A DNA stretch of 49,936 nucleotides from positions 1 to 49,936 of the forward strand of contig JBDTOJ010000202.1 of NCBI GenBank assembly GCA_039933295.1, read 5' to 3'. Source of the DNA: Chloroflexota bacterium. GTDB lineage: Bacteria; Chloroflexota; Limnocylindria; Limnocylindrales; CSP1-4. Both the position numbers and the translations under genes were made by a program. The first letter of the stretch is position 1; each line of letters opens with the position of its first letter. Under the pieces are notes generated by a model. It saw only the letters and a list, made by a program, of their open reading frames with translations, ran no database searches and was not told where the DNA came from. This document shows positions 17,355 to 26,593 of the stretch, one piece after another.

Positions 17355-18776
17355 ATGAGCGCCACCGTTCTTCGGAGCCCAGCCGCAACATCGAGCAGCG
17401 CGTCCGCAACCTCGACCGGGACCCGCCGGATCGTTCCGCTGCCGCGCGTGTGGTCCATTACCAGGCGCGACATGGTGGTCGTGCTGCTGGCGAACGGTCT
17501 CTTCATCCTCGCGATGTGGGTCCGACACGGCGGCCTCGCGCAACTCTCGACGCCTGGCGGCACGTGGATCGCCATCGGACAGGTCACGGGCCTGATCGGT
17601 ACCTACACAGCACTTCTCCAGTTGATCCTCATGTCGCGGATGCCGTGGCTTGACCAGGCGTTCGGCATGGATCGTCTCGCCGCCGCGCATCGGTGGATCG
17701 GTTTCGCGACCGTCTGGCTCATTGCCGCACACGGCTTCTTCATCATCACGGGCTACGCCACGAGTGAAGGCGCCTCGTTCATGGGCGAGACATGGACGAT
17801 CCTCACGACGTTCGACTTCGTCGCTCTCGCGACGTTCGGGTTCGGCCTGTTCGTCATCGTTGGTGTGACGTCGATGCGTGCGGCCCGGCGAGCGCTCAAC
17901 TATGAACTGTGGTTCGCACTCCACCTCCTCGGGTACCTTGCCATCGCCTTCGGGTTCCTCCACCAGCTCCTGGTCGGTGCGGACTTCATCCGCGACCCGT
18001 TGGCGCGGGTCTACTGGACGAGCCTGTACGTGATCACGTTCGGGATGCTGTTCGCCTACCGGGTGATCGGCCCGATTCGCATGAACGCACGCCATCGGTT
18101 CCAGGTCGCGCGTGTCGTCTCGGAGGGTGACGGGGTCGTCTCGATCTACATCACCGGGCGCCATCTCGACAAGTTGCCACTCAGGTCCGGGCAGTACTTC
18201 GTGTGGCGCTTTCTCGATGGTTCGCGCTGGTGGAGTGGCCACCCGTTCTCGATCTCGTCGGCGCCGAACGGCTCGTGGATCCGCACGACCGTGAAGGCCC
18301 TCGGCGACGACACGCGACGCTACCAGCGCCTCGCCGTCGGGACGCGCGTGCTGCTCGAGGGTCCATATGGCGTGCTGACCGGCGTGCGTCGGACGCGTCG
18401 CCGCGTGACCCTGATCGCCGGCGGCATCGGCGTCACGCCGCTCCGGGCACTCATCGAGGCGTTGCCAGGGAAGCCGGGCGACCTGACGCTCCTGTACCGC
18501 GCCCGCAATCGAAAGAACGTCATCTTCCGCAACGAACTCGATGTTCTCGCCGAACGACGCGGGATCAACGTCCACTACCTCGTCGGGAGGCGGGGGAGCG
18601 TGGACCTTCCGGACGATCCGCTCGATTCGTTCGGCCTCGCAAGCCTCGTACCGGACATCGCGGAACACGACGTCTACGTCTGTGGTCCGAACGAGATGCT
18701 GGATCGGCTGACCGAGACGCTCCGCGATCTCGGCGTTCCGCCGGTCCGCATCCACGTCGAGCGGTTCGCGTACTGA
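17355..18776 (+). CDS. Ferric reductase-like transmembrane protein with FNR-type FAD/NAD(P)H domain
   Basis: Multiple TM helices with paired His (HRWIG/AHG, LHLLGY/FLHQ), then HPFSISS, LIAGGIGVTP, VYVCGP and HVERFAY. Confidence 0.9.
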   Translation: MSATVLRSPAATSSSASATSTGTRRIVPLPRVWSITRRDMVVVLLANGLFILAMWVRHGGLAQLSTPGGTWIAIGQVTGLIGTYTALLQLILMSRMPWLDQAFGMDRLAAAHRWIGFATVWLIAAHGFFIITGYATSEGASFMGETWTILTTFDFVALATFGFGLFVIVGVTSMRAARRALNYELWFALHLLGYLAIAFGFLHQLLVGADFIRDPLARVYWTSLYVITFGMLFAYRVIGPIRMNARHRFQVARVVSEGDGVVSIYITGRHLDKLPLRSGQYFVWRFLDGSRWWSGHPFSISSAPNGSWIRTTVKALGDDTRRYQRLAVGTRVLLEGPYGVLTGVRRTRRRVTLIAGGIGVTPLRALIEALPGKPGDLTLLYRARNRKNVIFRNELDVLAERRGINVHYLVGRRGSVDLPDDPLDSFGLASLVPDIAEHDVYVCGPNEMLDRLTETLRDLGVPPVRIHVERFAY

Positions 18777-18787
18777 TGGGGGGCGTG

Positions 18788-19327
18788 ATGCGTCAGCGAA
18801 TCGTTGCAACCGCAGCCGGGCTTGCGCTGGCTGTGATGCTGCTGGTCAACTTCCGAACACCCGAGGACCTCATCGCAGCGGCTTCGGCATCCGGGACGGC
18901 CGGCAACGCCAAAACGGCGTCCGGTGGCGGCACCACTCGGTCAGGTTCGGGAAACGGATCGACCACTGGATCCGGATCCACGTCATCGGGCGGTTCGACC
19001 GGAACGTCGGGCGTGGCCGGGACCACGCAACCCGCGCCGACGACGGCCGCCGGAGCGGGTCAATTCACCGGGCCCATGGCAGCGGATCCGTACGGGAACG
19101 TACAGGTCCAGATCACCGTTTCCGGCGGGAAGGTCGTGGACGTGGTCGCACTTGCAATGCCGGTCGGTGGTCACTCTGGGCGGATTTCGAACTACGTGGC
19201 ACCGATCCTTCGGACGCAGGCCCTGGCAGTGCAATCGGCCAACATCGATGGCGTGTCCGGAGCGACGTACACCAGCCTTGCCTACGCCGCCTCCCTGCAA
19301 GGCGCCCTTGACCAGGCTGGTCTGTGA
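18788..19327 (+). CDS. Membrane-anchored FMN-binding (flavinylated) protein
   Basis: N-terminal hydrophobic anchor, Gly/Ser/Thr linker, and DGVSGATYTS flavinylation motif. Alternative ATG at 18776. Confidence 0.88.
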   Translation: MRQRIVATAAGLALAVMLLVNFRTPEDLIAAASASGTAGNAKTASGGGTTRSGSGNGSTTGSGSTSSGGSTGTSGVAGTTQPAPTTAAGAGQFTGPMAADPYGNVQVQITVSGGKVVDVVALAMPVGGHSGRISNYVAPILRTQALAVQSANIDGVSGATYTSLAYAASLQGALDQAGL

Positions 19328-20193
19328 TCGTCGCTCCTGAATCGACGGACCATCTCGTAGCGTCTCGGCCCGATCCAGGCATACCTCGGCAGATCAGGGC
19401 CGAACCCGTCATGGGCACGGTCGTGTCGCTCGACATCCGGGCGCCGTTCGTGTCCGACGAGGTGATCGAGCGTGCGATCGGCATCCTCCATGACATTGAC
19501 CGCCGGTTCAGCCTCTACCGGTCCGACAGCGAGCTCTCGCGTCTGGCCCAAGGATCCGTCCGCGAGGATGATCTGAGCACGGACGTCAGATGGGCGCTTG
19601 CCGCGTGTGACGATCTGGCTCGGCAGACGGGCGGCGCCTTCGATGCGCGACGCCATCGGCCCGACGGGGTGGTCGACCCGAGCGCGTTGGTGAAGGGCTG
19701 GGCGGTCGAGGAGGCGGTGCGCGAACTCGAAGCCGGCGGCGCGGCCAACCTGCTCATGATCGCAGGCGGTGATCTCGTGGCGCGGGGCGAACCGGCTCCT
19801 GGCGGGGCCTGGCGGATCGGGATCCGCCATCCGACCTTTGCGGATCAGGTCGCTTCGGTGCTCGCATTGCGGAGTGGGGCGCTGGCGACGTCCGGCCTGT
19901 ATGAACGAGGGCCACATCTGCGGGACCCGCGGACCGGTCAGGCAGCGAATGGCCTCAGGAGCTTCAGCGTCGTCGGCCCCGATCTGACATGGGCCGATGC
20001 CTATGCCACGGCCGGTTTCGTCATGGGCCGGGATGGCCTTGGCTGGGTCGACCAGCGGCCGGGGTACGGAGCGCTGGCCATCACCAATGACAACCAGGTC
20101 GTATGGACATCGCGGGTAGACCGGTATCGGATCTGGGATCCCGGCGGAGCGGTGCGATTCTCAGAAGAATCTCAGGGGATAGCGCTTTCCTGA
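19324..20193 (+). CDS. apbE: FAD:protein FMN transferase (ApbE family)
   Basis: VMGT, FSLYRSDSELSRL, DPSALVKGWAV, ATSGLYERG and ADAYATA. Confidence 0.92.
   Translation: MIVAPESTDHLVASRPDPGIPRQIRAEPVMGTVVSLDIRAPFVSDEVIERAIGILHDIDRRFSLYRSDSELSRLAQGSVREDDLSTDVRWALAACDDLARQTGGAFDARRHRPDGVVDPSALVKGWAVEEAVRELEAGGAANLLMIAGGDLVARGEPAPGGAWRIGIRHPTFADQVASVLALRSGALATSGLYERGPHLRDPRTGQAANGLRSFSVVGPDLTWADAYATAGFVMGRDGLGWVDQRPGYGALAITNDNQVVWTSRVDRYRIWDPGGAVRFSEESQGIALS
20159..20175 (+). promoter_or_regulatory. Second TCTCAG-N5-TCTCAG direct repeat upstream of the response regulator
   Basis: Same motif and spacing as 17316-17332, located about 130 bp before the regulator ATG. Confidence 0.6.
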
Positions 20194-20305
20194 GATCAGA
20201 CCGGATCCGTGCGGGCAGCCTCACGGCTACCATCGAAGCTCCGGGCATGGGTAGATCTGGGGCCGGACTCGCGGATCGACCGCCACGAATCGGAGTTGAT
20301 CTCGA

Positions 20306-20980
20306 ATGCACATCCTCGTCATCGAAGACGACCCACGACTCGGCCGGGTGCTGAAGCGCCTGCTCGAGGAGGATCGGCATGTCGTCGACGTGGCGACCGA
20401 CGGTGAAACCGGGCTCGAACTGGCCGAGTCCGAGGGGATCGAAGTCGTGATTCTCGATGTGGGCCTGCCGGACATCAGCGGCATCGAAGTCGCCCGCCGG
20501 CTGCGCATCATGGGCGTTGAGACCGCCATCCTCATGCTGACTGCCCGCGATACGGTGCGCGATCGCGTGACCGGTCTCGATGCGGGCGCCGATGACTACC
20601 TCGTCAAGCCATTTGCCTACGAAGAACTCGCCGCGAGGCTGCGGGCCCTGAGCCGGCGCGCAGAGCCCGGCCCGCGACGACCCGAAGCCCGTCTCGAGGT
20701 CGGGCCGATCGCGCTGGACGAGGCGAATCGAAGTGTCACCATCGATGGCTCGCTCGTTGATCTGAGCCCTCGAGAGTTCGCCCTGTTGGAGTGCTTCCTG
20801 CGTCACCCGGGGCAGGCGCTCACGCGCGACCAGCTTCTCGATCAGGCCTGGCCCTACAGTGCGGCCGTGACCCCCAATGCCGTCGATGCCTATGTCCACT
20901 ACCTGCGCACCAAGCTTGGCGATGCCGGATCGCGGGTCGAGACGGTGCGCGGTGTCGGGTATCGGTTGAGCGATGCCTGA
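20306..20980 (+). CDS. OmpR-family response regulator (MprA-like)
   Basis: ILVIEDD, ILDVGLP, LMLTARD, GADDYLVKPF and ETVRGVGY. Confidence 0.95.
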   Translation: MHILVIEDDPRLGRVLKRLLEEDRHVVDVATDGETGLELAESEGIEVVILDVGLPDISGIEVARRLRIMGVETAILMLTARDTVRDRVTGLDAGADDYLVKPFAYEELAARLRALSRRAEPGPRRPEARLEVGPIALDEANRSVTIDGSLVDLSPREFALLECFLRHPGQALTRDQLLDQAWPYSAAVTPNAVDAYVHYLRTKLGDAGSRVETVRGVGYRLSDA

Positions 20981-22328
20981 CGGCACGCAGCTCGGTGTGG
21001 TCGATGCGGCCGAGGCGGCCGCTGTCGCCGGCGACGAACGCATGATCGCGGGTGTCGGGAGACGCCTCGTGCTGTGGGCAGCCGGCACCACGCTTGTCGT
21101 CCTGATCCTCCTCGGCGTCGCGCTGTATGCGGCGGTCAACCAGAGTCTCGAGACGACCGGCAGGGACCAGCTGGACAACAGGGCTTCGGCGTTGCGCCAC
21201 ATCATCGAGGGACCAAACGGTCGGCCGGATGGCGACGACGTCCAGACGGGCGTGCAATTCGGCGGCGGGACGTCGGGCACCTTCGCCCTCGTGCTCAGCG
21301 CTGACGGGAAGCTGATCCTTCCTGCATCCCTGCCACCGCCGCTCAAGCAGCCGGACACTGGGTCGCTCGCCGCTGCCGTTTCGTCGGGCCGCGACGTTCG
21401 ACTCGGCTCGATCGAAGGAACACCCGTCCGAGTCCTCACGACGTCCGTGAACAGCAAGATCGGGCCGGTCTACGTCCAGATCTTCCAGGATCGGACGGCC
21501 GAGGAGCGTACGCTCAGCGTCCTGCTGGCGGTGCTCTTCGTGGGTGGCTTGGTCGTGCTCCTCGTGGCGGCGGGCGTCGGAGCCATCTACTCGAGGCGGG
21601 CGCTCGTGCCGATCCGCTCGTCACTCGTGGCCCAGCGCAGCGCGCTCCGGCGCCAGCGCGAGTTTGCAGCGGACGCAAGTCACGAACTTCGCACCCCGCT
21701 GACCGTCGTCCGGGCCTCGCTCGACCTCCTTCGACGTCATCCGGAAGCTCCGGTGAACCAGGTCGGCGATGCCCTCGATGACATCGGCGCCGAAGTCGAC
21801 AACCTGACCCACCTGGTCGAGGACCTGTTGCTGCTCGCGCGGAGCGACTCTGGCGCAGTACCACTCGAGCGCCAGTCGATGGATCTCGGTGACGTCGTCG
21901 CTGAGGCCTCCTCATCGCTGGCCCAGGCTGCGGCGCATCGTGCCGTGCGGATCGAGGTCGATCCGGCCCCGGCAATGATCAGCGGCGACGCAGCCCGCAT
22001 CCGCCAGCTCGTGCTCATCCTCGTGGACAACGCCGTCCGGCACAGTCCATCCGGTGGGTTGGTGCGCGTTACCGCGCACGCCGAGGGATCGAACGGGGTG
22101 CTGGCCGTCGAGGATGAGGGTCCCGGGATCGCCCAAGGCGACCTGCCACACGTCTTCGAGCGATTCTGGCGCGGCGCAGGAGCCCCTGATGGCGGTTCCG
22201 GGCTGGGTCTCGCCATTGCGGCCTGGATCGTGAACGGGCACGACGGGGTCATCGGCGTCGAGAACCGGGAGCCGACGGGGGCGAGGTTCACGATCAGGAT
22301 CCCGCTGGAGTCGTCCGCGCCGGCTTGA
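20973..22328 (+). CDS. Sensor histidine kinase
   Basis: Two TM segments, H-box ASHELRTPL, N-box DNAVRH, DEGPGI and GGSGLGLAI. Confidence 0.94.
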   Translation: MPDGTQLGVVDAAEAAAVAGDERMIAGVGRRLVLWAAGTTLVVLILLGVALYAAVNQSLETTGRDQLDNRASALRHIIEGPNGRPDGDDVQTGVQFGGGTSGTFALVLSADGKLILPASLPPPLKQPDTGSLAAAVSSGRDVRLGSIEGTPVRVLTTSVNSKIGPVYVQIFQDRTAEERTLSVLLAVLFVGGLVVLLVAAGVGAIYSRRALVPIRSSLVAQRSALRRQREFAADASHELRTPLTVVRASLDLLRRHPEAPVNQVGDALDDIGAEVDNLTHLVEDLLLLARSDSGAVPLERQSMDLGDVVAEASSSLAQAAAHRAVRIEVDPAPAMISGDAARIRQLVLILVDNAVRHSPSGGLVRVTAHAEGSNGVLAVEDEGPGIAQGDLPHVFERFWRGAGAPDGGSGLGLAIAAWIVNGHDGVIGVENREPTGARFTIRIPLESSAPA

Positions 22329-22359
22329 GCGCGTTGCGTGTCCCGCGCTGCGTCGGACG

Positions 22360-22968
22360 TCAGTCGAGATCGATCCCGTCGTTCCAGCGTCGGATTGCCG
22401 GGGCTTCCCGATCCCAGCCGAGGATCGAGATCGTGGCCGTGTCCAGCGCGAGTGACCCGCCGCCGGTTGGTGCCAGCCCGATCCAGCGTGCACCAAGGAT
22501 GCGGAGCAGGTGGCCGTGGGCGAAACAGAGGGTGATGCCGTCGATCGCACGCGCCCGGTCGATCACGCGGTCGACGCGCTCGGCAACCGCCTCGAGAGGC
22601 TCGCCACCAGCCGGCCCTTGGGACCAGATCGTCCAGTCCGGTCGCTCGGCTCGGATCTCGACCGTCGTTCGGCCCTCGTCATCGCCGTAGTCCCACTCGA
22701 CGAGGTCCGGATCGATCCGGACCTGATCTTCGAAGCCGGCAAGTCGCGCGGTGTCCAGAGCCCGCGACAATGGGCTCGAGACCACCGCCGCGAAGGTATG
22801 CCCCATCAGCCGCGGCACCAGATCGAGGGCCTCTTGGCGTCCAATCGCGGTGAGCGGGATGTCCGTCAGGCCGGTGTGCCGGCCGGCTCGTGCCCACGCG
22901 GTTTCGCCGTGCCGCACCAGCCACATTGATGGACCAGGCGTCGTGAAAAGGTCCGGGGGCGAAGGCAT
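22360..22968 (-). CDS. Histidine phosphatase family protein
   Basis: RHGET, SSPLSRA, EWDYG and AHGH motifs. Confidence 0.92.
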   Translation of the reverse strand: MPSPPDLFTTPGPSMWLVRHGETAWARAGRHTGLTDIPLTAIGRQEALDLVPRLMGHTFAAVVSSPLSRALDTARLAGFEDQVRIDPDLVEWDYGDDEGRTTVEIRAERPDWTIWSQGPAGGEPLEAVAERVDRVIDRARAIDGITLCFAHGHLLRILGARWIGLAPTGGGSLALDTATISILGWDREAPAIRRWNDGIDLD

Positions 22969-23088
22969 CGCGACAGTCTATGCGTGTCGGAAGTCCGCGG
23001 CTCGGCGCCGGCTCGCAGCGTCCGGACGCGGCCCGTTTCGCGTGCGACGATGCACCCGTACACCGGCAAGAGCGATCAGGAGGCGGGA

Positions 23089-23487
23089 ATGGGCAACTCG
23101 GCCACGACGAGCTGGGCTGGCAAGATTGGCGCGCTTACGCTGTTCGTCGACGACCTCGCGGCTGCGAAGCAGTTCTACCTCGATGTCTTCGAGCTGCCGG
23201 TCCACTACGAGGATGGTGAGTCGGTCGTCTTCCAGTTCGGTGGGACGCTCGTGAACCTCCTCGCCTCGGACGCGGCTGTGGCGCTGATCGAGCCCGCGGT
23301 CGTTGCCCTCGCGGATCAAGGTTCGCGTCTGCAACTCACGATCGATGTCGATGACGTGGATGCGATGTGCGCCGACCTCGAACGGAAGGGTGTGCGCCTC
23401 CTGAATGGCCCGATGGACCGGCCATGGGGTATCCGAACGGCGAGTTTCGTCGATCCCGGCGGGCACATCTGGGAAATCGCGAAGTAG
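23089..23487 (+). CDS. VOC/glyoxalase family protein
   Basis: TLFVDDL..AKQFY and PWGIRTASFVDPGGHIWEI. AGGAGG ribosome-binding site. Confidence 0.9.
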   Translation: MGNSATTSWAGKIGALTLFVDDLAAAKQFYLDVFELPVHYEDGESVVFQFGGTLVNLLASDAAVALIEPAVVALADQGSRLQLTIDVDDVDAMCADLERKGVRLLNGPMDRPWGIRTASFVDPGGHIWEIAK

Positions 23488-23581
23488 CGCCGAACCCGCA
23501 CGCGGGGACGCGTCGGGGCAGGACGACGGGGCGCGAGTCCGCCGCCAGGTGGGGGCGAATTTCGGAGCGTAGACTCGCCAT

Positions 23582-24340
23582 ATGAGCTTCGATGTAGCCG
23601 CAGATGCATACGACCGCTACATGGGTAGGTACTCACGCCTCCTATCGCCACAACTGGCGGACTTCGCGGGAGTGCGATCGGGTCAACGGGTACTCGATAT
23701 TGGCTGCGGTCCGGGGGCACTGACATCCGAGCTGGTGGCTCGCGTTGGGCCCTCGGCGGTCGCGGCCGTGGACCCGTCGGCCCAGTTCGTCGCCGCGGCT
23801 CGAGAGCGCCACCCCGGCGTCGAGGTGGTGCAGGCATCGGCAGAGCAACTGCCGTTCCCAGCCGCGGCGTTCGATGCGGCGATCGCGCAACTCGTTGTCC
23901 ACTTCATGCCGGATCCGATCAAGGGATTGGCCGAGATGGCGCGTGTCACTCGGCCGGGTGGTGTGGTTGCGGCCTGCGTCTGGGACCACGCCGGCAGTCT
24001 CGGGCCGCTCAGCCTGTTCTGGAGACCGGCGCGCGAGCTCGACCCCGAGGTCCACGACGAGTCCGAACTTCCGGGTGTCCGCGAAGGTCATCTGGCGGAA
24101 CTGTTCGAAGCGGCCGGGCTGCATGACGTCGCAGCGACGATCCTTTGGGTCAGCGTCGAGCACGTGACCTTCGAAGCCTGGTGGGAGCCATTCACGATGG
24201 GCGTCGGCCCCGGAGGATCCTATCTGGCGGGCCTCGGCGCCGACCGGCAGGTCGAGTTGCGCGAACGGTGCCGAACCTTGGTCCCGACGGCCCCGTTCGT
24301 GGTCAAAGCCAGGGCCTGGGCGGCTCGCGGCATCACCTAG
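23582..24340 (+). CDS. Class I SAM-dependent methyltransferase
   Basis: VLDIGCGPG, AVDPS and AEQLPF..FDA. Confidence 0.9.
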   Translation: MSFDVAADAYDRYMGRYSRLLSPQLADFAGVRSGQRVLDIGCGPGALTSELVARVGPSAVAAVDPSAQFVAAARERHPGVEVVQASAEQLPFPAAAFDAAIAQLVVHFMPDPIKGLAEMARVTRPGGVVAACVWDHAGSLGPLSLFWRPARELDPEVHDESELPGVREGHLAELFEAAGLHDVAATILWVSVEHVTFEAWWEPFTMGVGPGGSYLAGLGADRQVELRERCRTLVPTAPFVVKARAWAARGIT

Positions 24341-24433
24341 GTGCAGGCACCAGGACCTAGGCGCAGGCACCAGGCCACCCGCGAGGATCAGGCACACCAT
24401 CGCGAGCATGCGGCCATGAGACCTCGCGGTTGG

Positions 24434-24510
24434 TCAGTCCGCGTACTCCAGCGGCGTGACCACGAAGTCTTTCCGGCAGCTTGATTTCAATCAGATGGTC
24501 GGGCAATACG
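24434..24510 (-). pseudogene. msrA: Frameshifted remnant of the 3' end of a second msrA
   Basis: Reads YCP..H...KLP.DFVVTPLEYAD* with two indels, versus [24 protein letters not shown] in the intact msrA. Confidence 0.75.
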
Positions 24511-24555
24511 CTCTGGGGCCTGTGTTCTCAGCAGGTCAGTCGCATGCTCGACCCG

Positions 24556-25104
24556 TCAGCGGGTCGGCCAGCGATCGCGGAAGACCGTCTCATCTCGCGG
24601 CAGGCGCGCCTCGCCCGGCCCGCTCTTGGGCGCCCGCGCCGCCACCGTCGGGATCCCCAATTGGACGATCGTCCGGACCATGCGATCGTCCGGCAGCCTG
24701 AGGATCTCGCGGACGGCTTCCCGGACGTTCGTCCGAATCCAGCTGATCCCCGCGCCGATATCGAGCATCCGCGCCGCCACGAGGATGCGCTCTGCGACGC
24801 GCCCGTCGTCATAGGCGTCGGCAACGGCCCGGGCCGGGTCATCCGGAAGCACGATCGCGATCGCCGCCGTTGCCGTCGCGAGCCCGCGCGTCTGCGGCAG
24901 GCCGGCGTCGTGCAACGCATCGAGTGTGGCCGGGTCGGTGATCAAGATGAATCGCCAAGGCTGACTATTCTCGCTGCTCCCGGTCCAGCGGGCGACGTCG
25001 GCCAGCGCCTCGAGGATATGTGCGGGGACGGGAGTCGGCTCGAACTCCCGGAACTGGCGGGTCTGGAGAAGGGGGCGGACCACGTCCGCGGGTTGGTTCG
25101 TCAT
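24556..25104 (-). CDS. Nitroreductase family protein
   Basis: RQFREF, ARWTGSSENSQPWRFI, and GAGISW. Confidence 0.88.
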   Translation of the reverse strand: MTNQPADVVRPLLQTRQFREFEPTPVPAHILEALADVARWTGSSENSQPWRFILITDPATLDALHDAGLPQTRGLATATAAIAIVLPDDPARAVADAYDDGRVAERILVAARMLDIGAGISWIRTNVREAVREILRLPDDRMVRTIVQLGIPTVAARAPKSGPGEARLPRDETVFRDRWPTR

Positions 25105-25132
25105 CGGAGCCTCGAGCGGCTTGGTGAGGCCA

Positions 25133-25807
25133 TCAATCGACGTACTGCAGGGGCGTGACCACAAAGTCATCGGGCAACTTGACGCCAGTGGAGTGGATCG
25201 GGCAGTAGCCACCCGGATTCTTGCTCAGGTACTGCTGGTGATAGTCCTCGGCGAAGAAGAATTCCGGAGTGGGGCCATCGGTGATCTCGGTCGAGATCGC
25301 GCCGTAGCCTTCGGCAGTCAACCGCTCCTGATAGGCGTCACGGGACGCGATCGCAGCGTGGCGCTGCGCGTCGGAGTGCGGGAAGATCGCCGATCGGTAT
25401 TGCGTTCCGATGTCATTGCCCTGGCGCATCCCCTGGGTCGGATCGTGATCCTCCCAGAACAGCCTCAGGAGCTCCTCGTACGTGACAACAGCGGGATCGA
25501 ATACGACACGGACCGCCTCGGCGTGGCCGGTCTTGCCCGAGCATGCCTCGCGGTACGTGGCATTGGGCGTGAAGCCGCCCTGGTAGCCGACGGCCGTGAC
25601 CCAGACGCCTGATGTCTCCCAGAAGACCTTCTCCGCGCCCCAGAAGCAGCCGAACGCGAAGTCGGCGATTTCGAAGCCCTCCGGGTAGGGCCCGCCGATC
25701 GGGCGGCGATTCACATGGTGGAGACCAGGCTCCATGATCGGATCGGGGCGACCCGGAAGCGCATCACTGGGGGTCGGCATGGAGGGACCGCGGGCTTGAA
25801 AGAACAT
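25133..25807 (-). CDS. msrA: Peptide-methionine (S)-S-oxide reductase
   Basis: [23 protein letters not shown] and [15 protein letters not shown] ribosome-binding site before ATG 25807. Confidence 0.96.
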   Translation of the reverse strand: MFFQARGPSMPTPSDALPGRPDPIMEPGLHHVNRRPIGGPYPEGFEIADFAFGCFWGAEKVFWETSGVWVTAVGYQGGFTPNATYREACSGKTGHAEAVRVVFDPAVVTYEELLRLFWEDHDPTQGMRQGNDIGTQYRSAIFPHSDAQRHAAIASRDAYQERLTAEGYGAISTEITDGPTPEFFFAEDYHQQYLSKNPGGYCPIHSTGVKLPDDFVVTPLQYVD

Positions 25808-25887
25808 CGAACATCTCCTGTCTGTGATGCGCACACTCTAGCCGGCGCCTGTTACGGGTCAATGTCATCGGGTGCTAGGCTCCCCGA

Positions 25888-26592
25888 ATGGCCCACGCCC
25901 CTGCCGAAGCGCCGGATTCACTCGTATGTGCGGTGATCTTCGATCTCGACGGGGTCCTCGTGGATTCGGAAATCTGGTGGCACGAGGAGCGGGTCGACTG
26001 GGCCCGCCAGCGCGGCCTGCTCTGGACCCATGAGGACAGTGCTCATGTGATGGGCGCCAACTCGAGCGATTGGGCCCGGATCATGCGCGAGCGCATGGCG
26101 CTGCCGCCGAACGAGGAGGCAGCGATCGAGGACGACATCGTCGCACGGGTCGTTCGTCGCTATGCCGACGGCACTCCCGAGATTCAAGGGGCGACCGACA
26201 CAGTTCGGGCGATCGCCGAACGGTGGCCGGTCGCGATTGCTTCTTCTGCCCATCGAGCGGTCATTGATGCCGCGCTCCACGAGACCGGGCTTGCCGCCAT
26301 GATCCCGATCATCGTCTCGTCCGATGACGTCGCGCATGGCAAGCCGGCGCCGGACGTCTATCTCGAAACTGCGCGGCAGCTCGGCGTTGCGCCGGAGACC
26401 TGCCTGGTGGTTGAGGATTCGCTGAACGGCGTCCGTGCGGCGCGAGCGGCCGGAATGATCGTGGTGCTGGTCCCGAACGAGAGCATTCCGCCGGCGCCCG
26501 GTGCCTCCGAACTGGCGGATCTTGTGCTCGTTCGGCTCGCCGACCTCGACCCGGCGTCTGTTGCCCGACGCCCTCTAGCGCGCCCGTCCTGA
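25888..26592 (+). CDS. HAD-family phosphatase
   Basis: FDLDGVLVDSE, ASS, GKPAPD and EDSLNG. Confidence 0.93.
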   Translation: MAHAPAEAPDSLVCAVIFDLDGVLVDSEIWWHEERVDWARQRGLLWTHEDSAHVMGANSSDWARIMRERMALPPNEEAAIEDDIVARVVRRYADGTPEIQGATDTVRAIAERWPVAIASSAHRAVIDAALHETGLAAMIPIIVSSDDVAHGKPAPDVYLETARQLGVAPETCLVVEDSLNGVRAARAAGMIVVLVPNESIPPAPGASELADLVLVRLADLDPASVARRPLARPS

Positions 26593-26593
26593 C

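Noticed and set aside
17262-18809. Long antisense and alternate-frame ORFs (for example 17262-18809 minus, 12335-14068 plus, 29972-31393 plus, 20081-21457 minus)
   Set aside because: They are shadows of well-supported genes in high-GC DNA: Arg/Pro-rich with no recognisable motifs.
15797-24433. Integrative element at tRNA-Asn
   Set aside because: No integrase, no duplicated tRNA 3' end (att site) and no obvious compositional shift by eye. At most an old accessory block.
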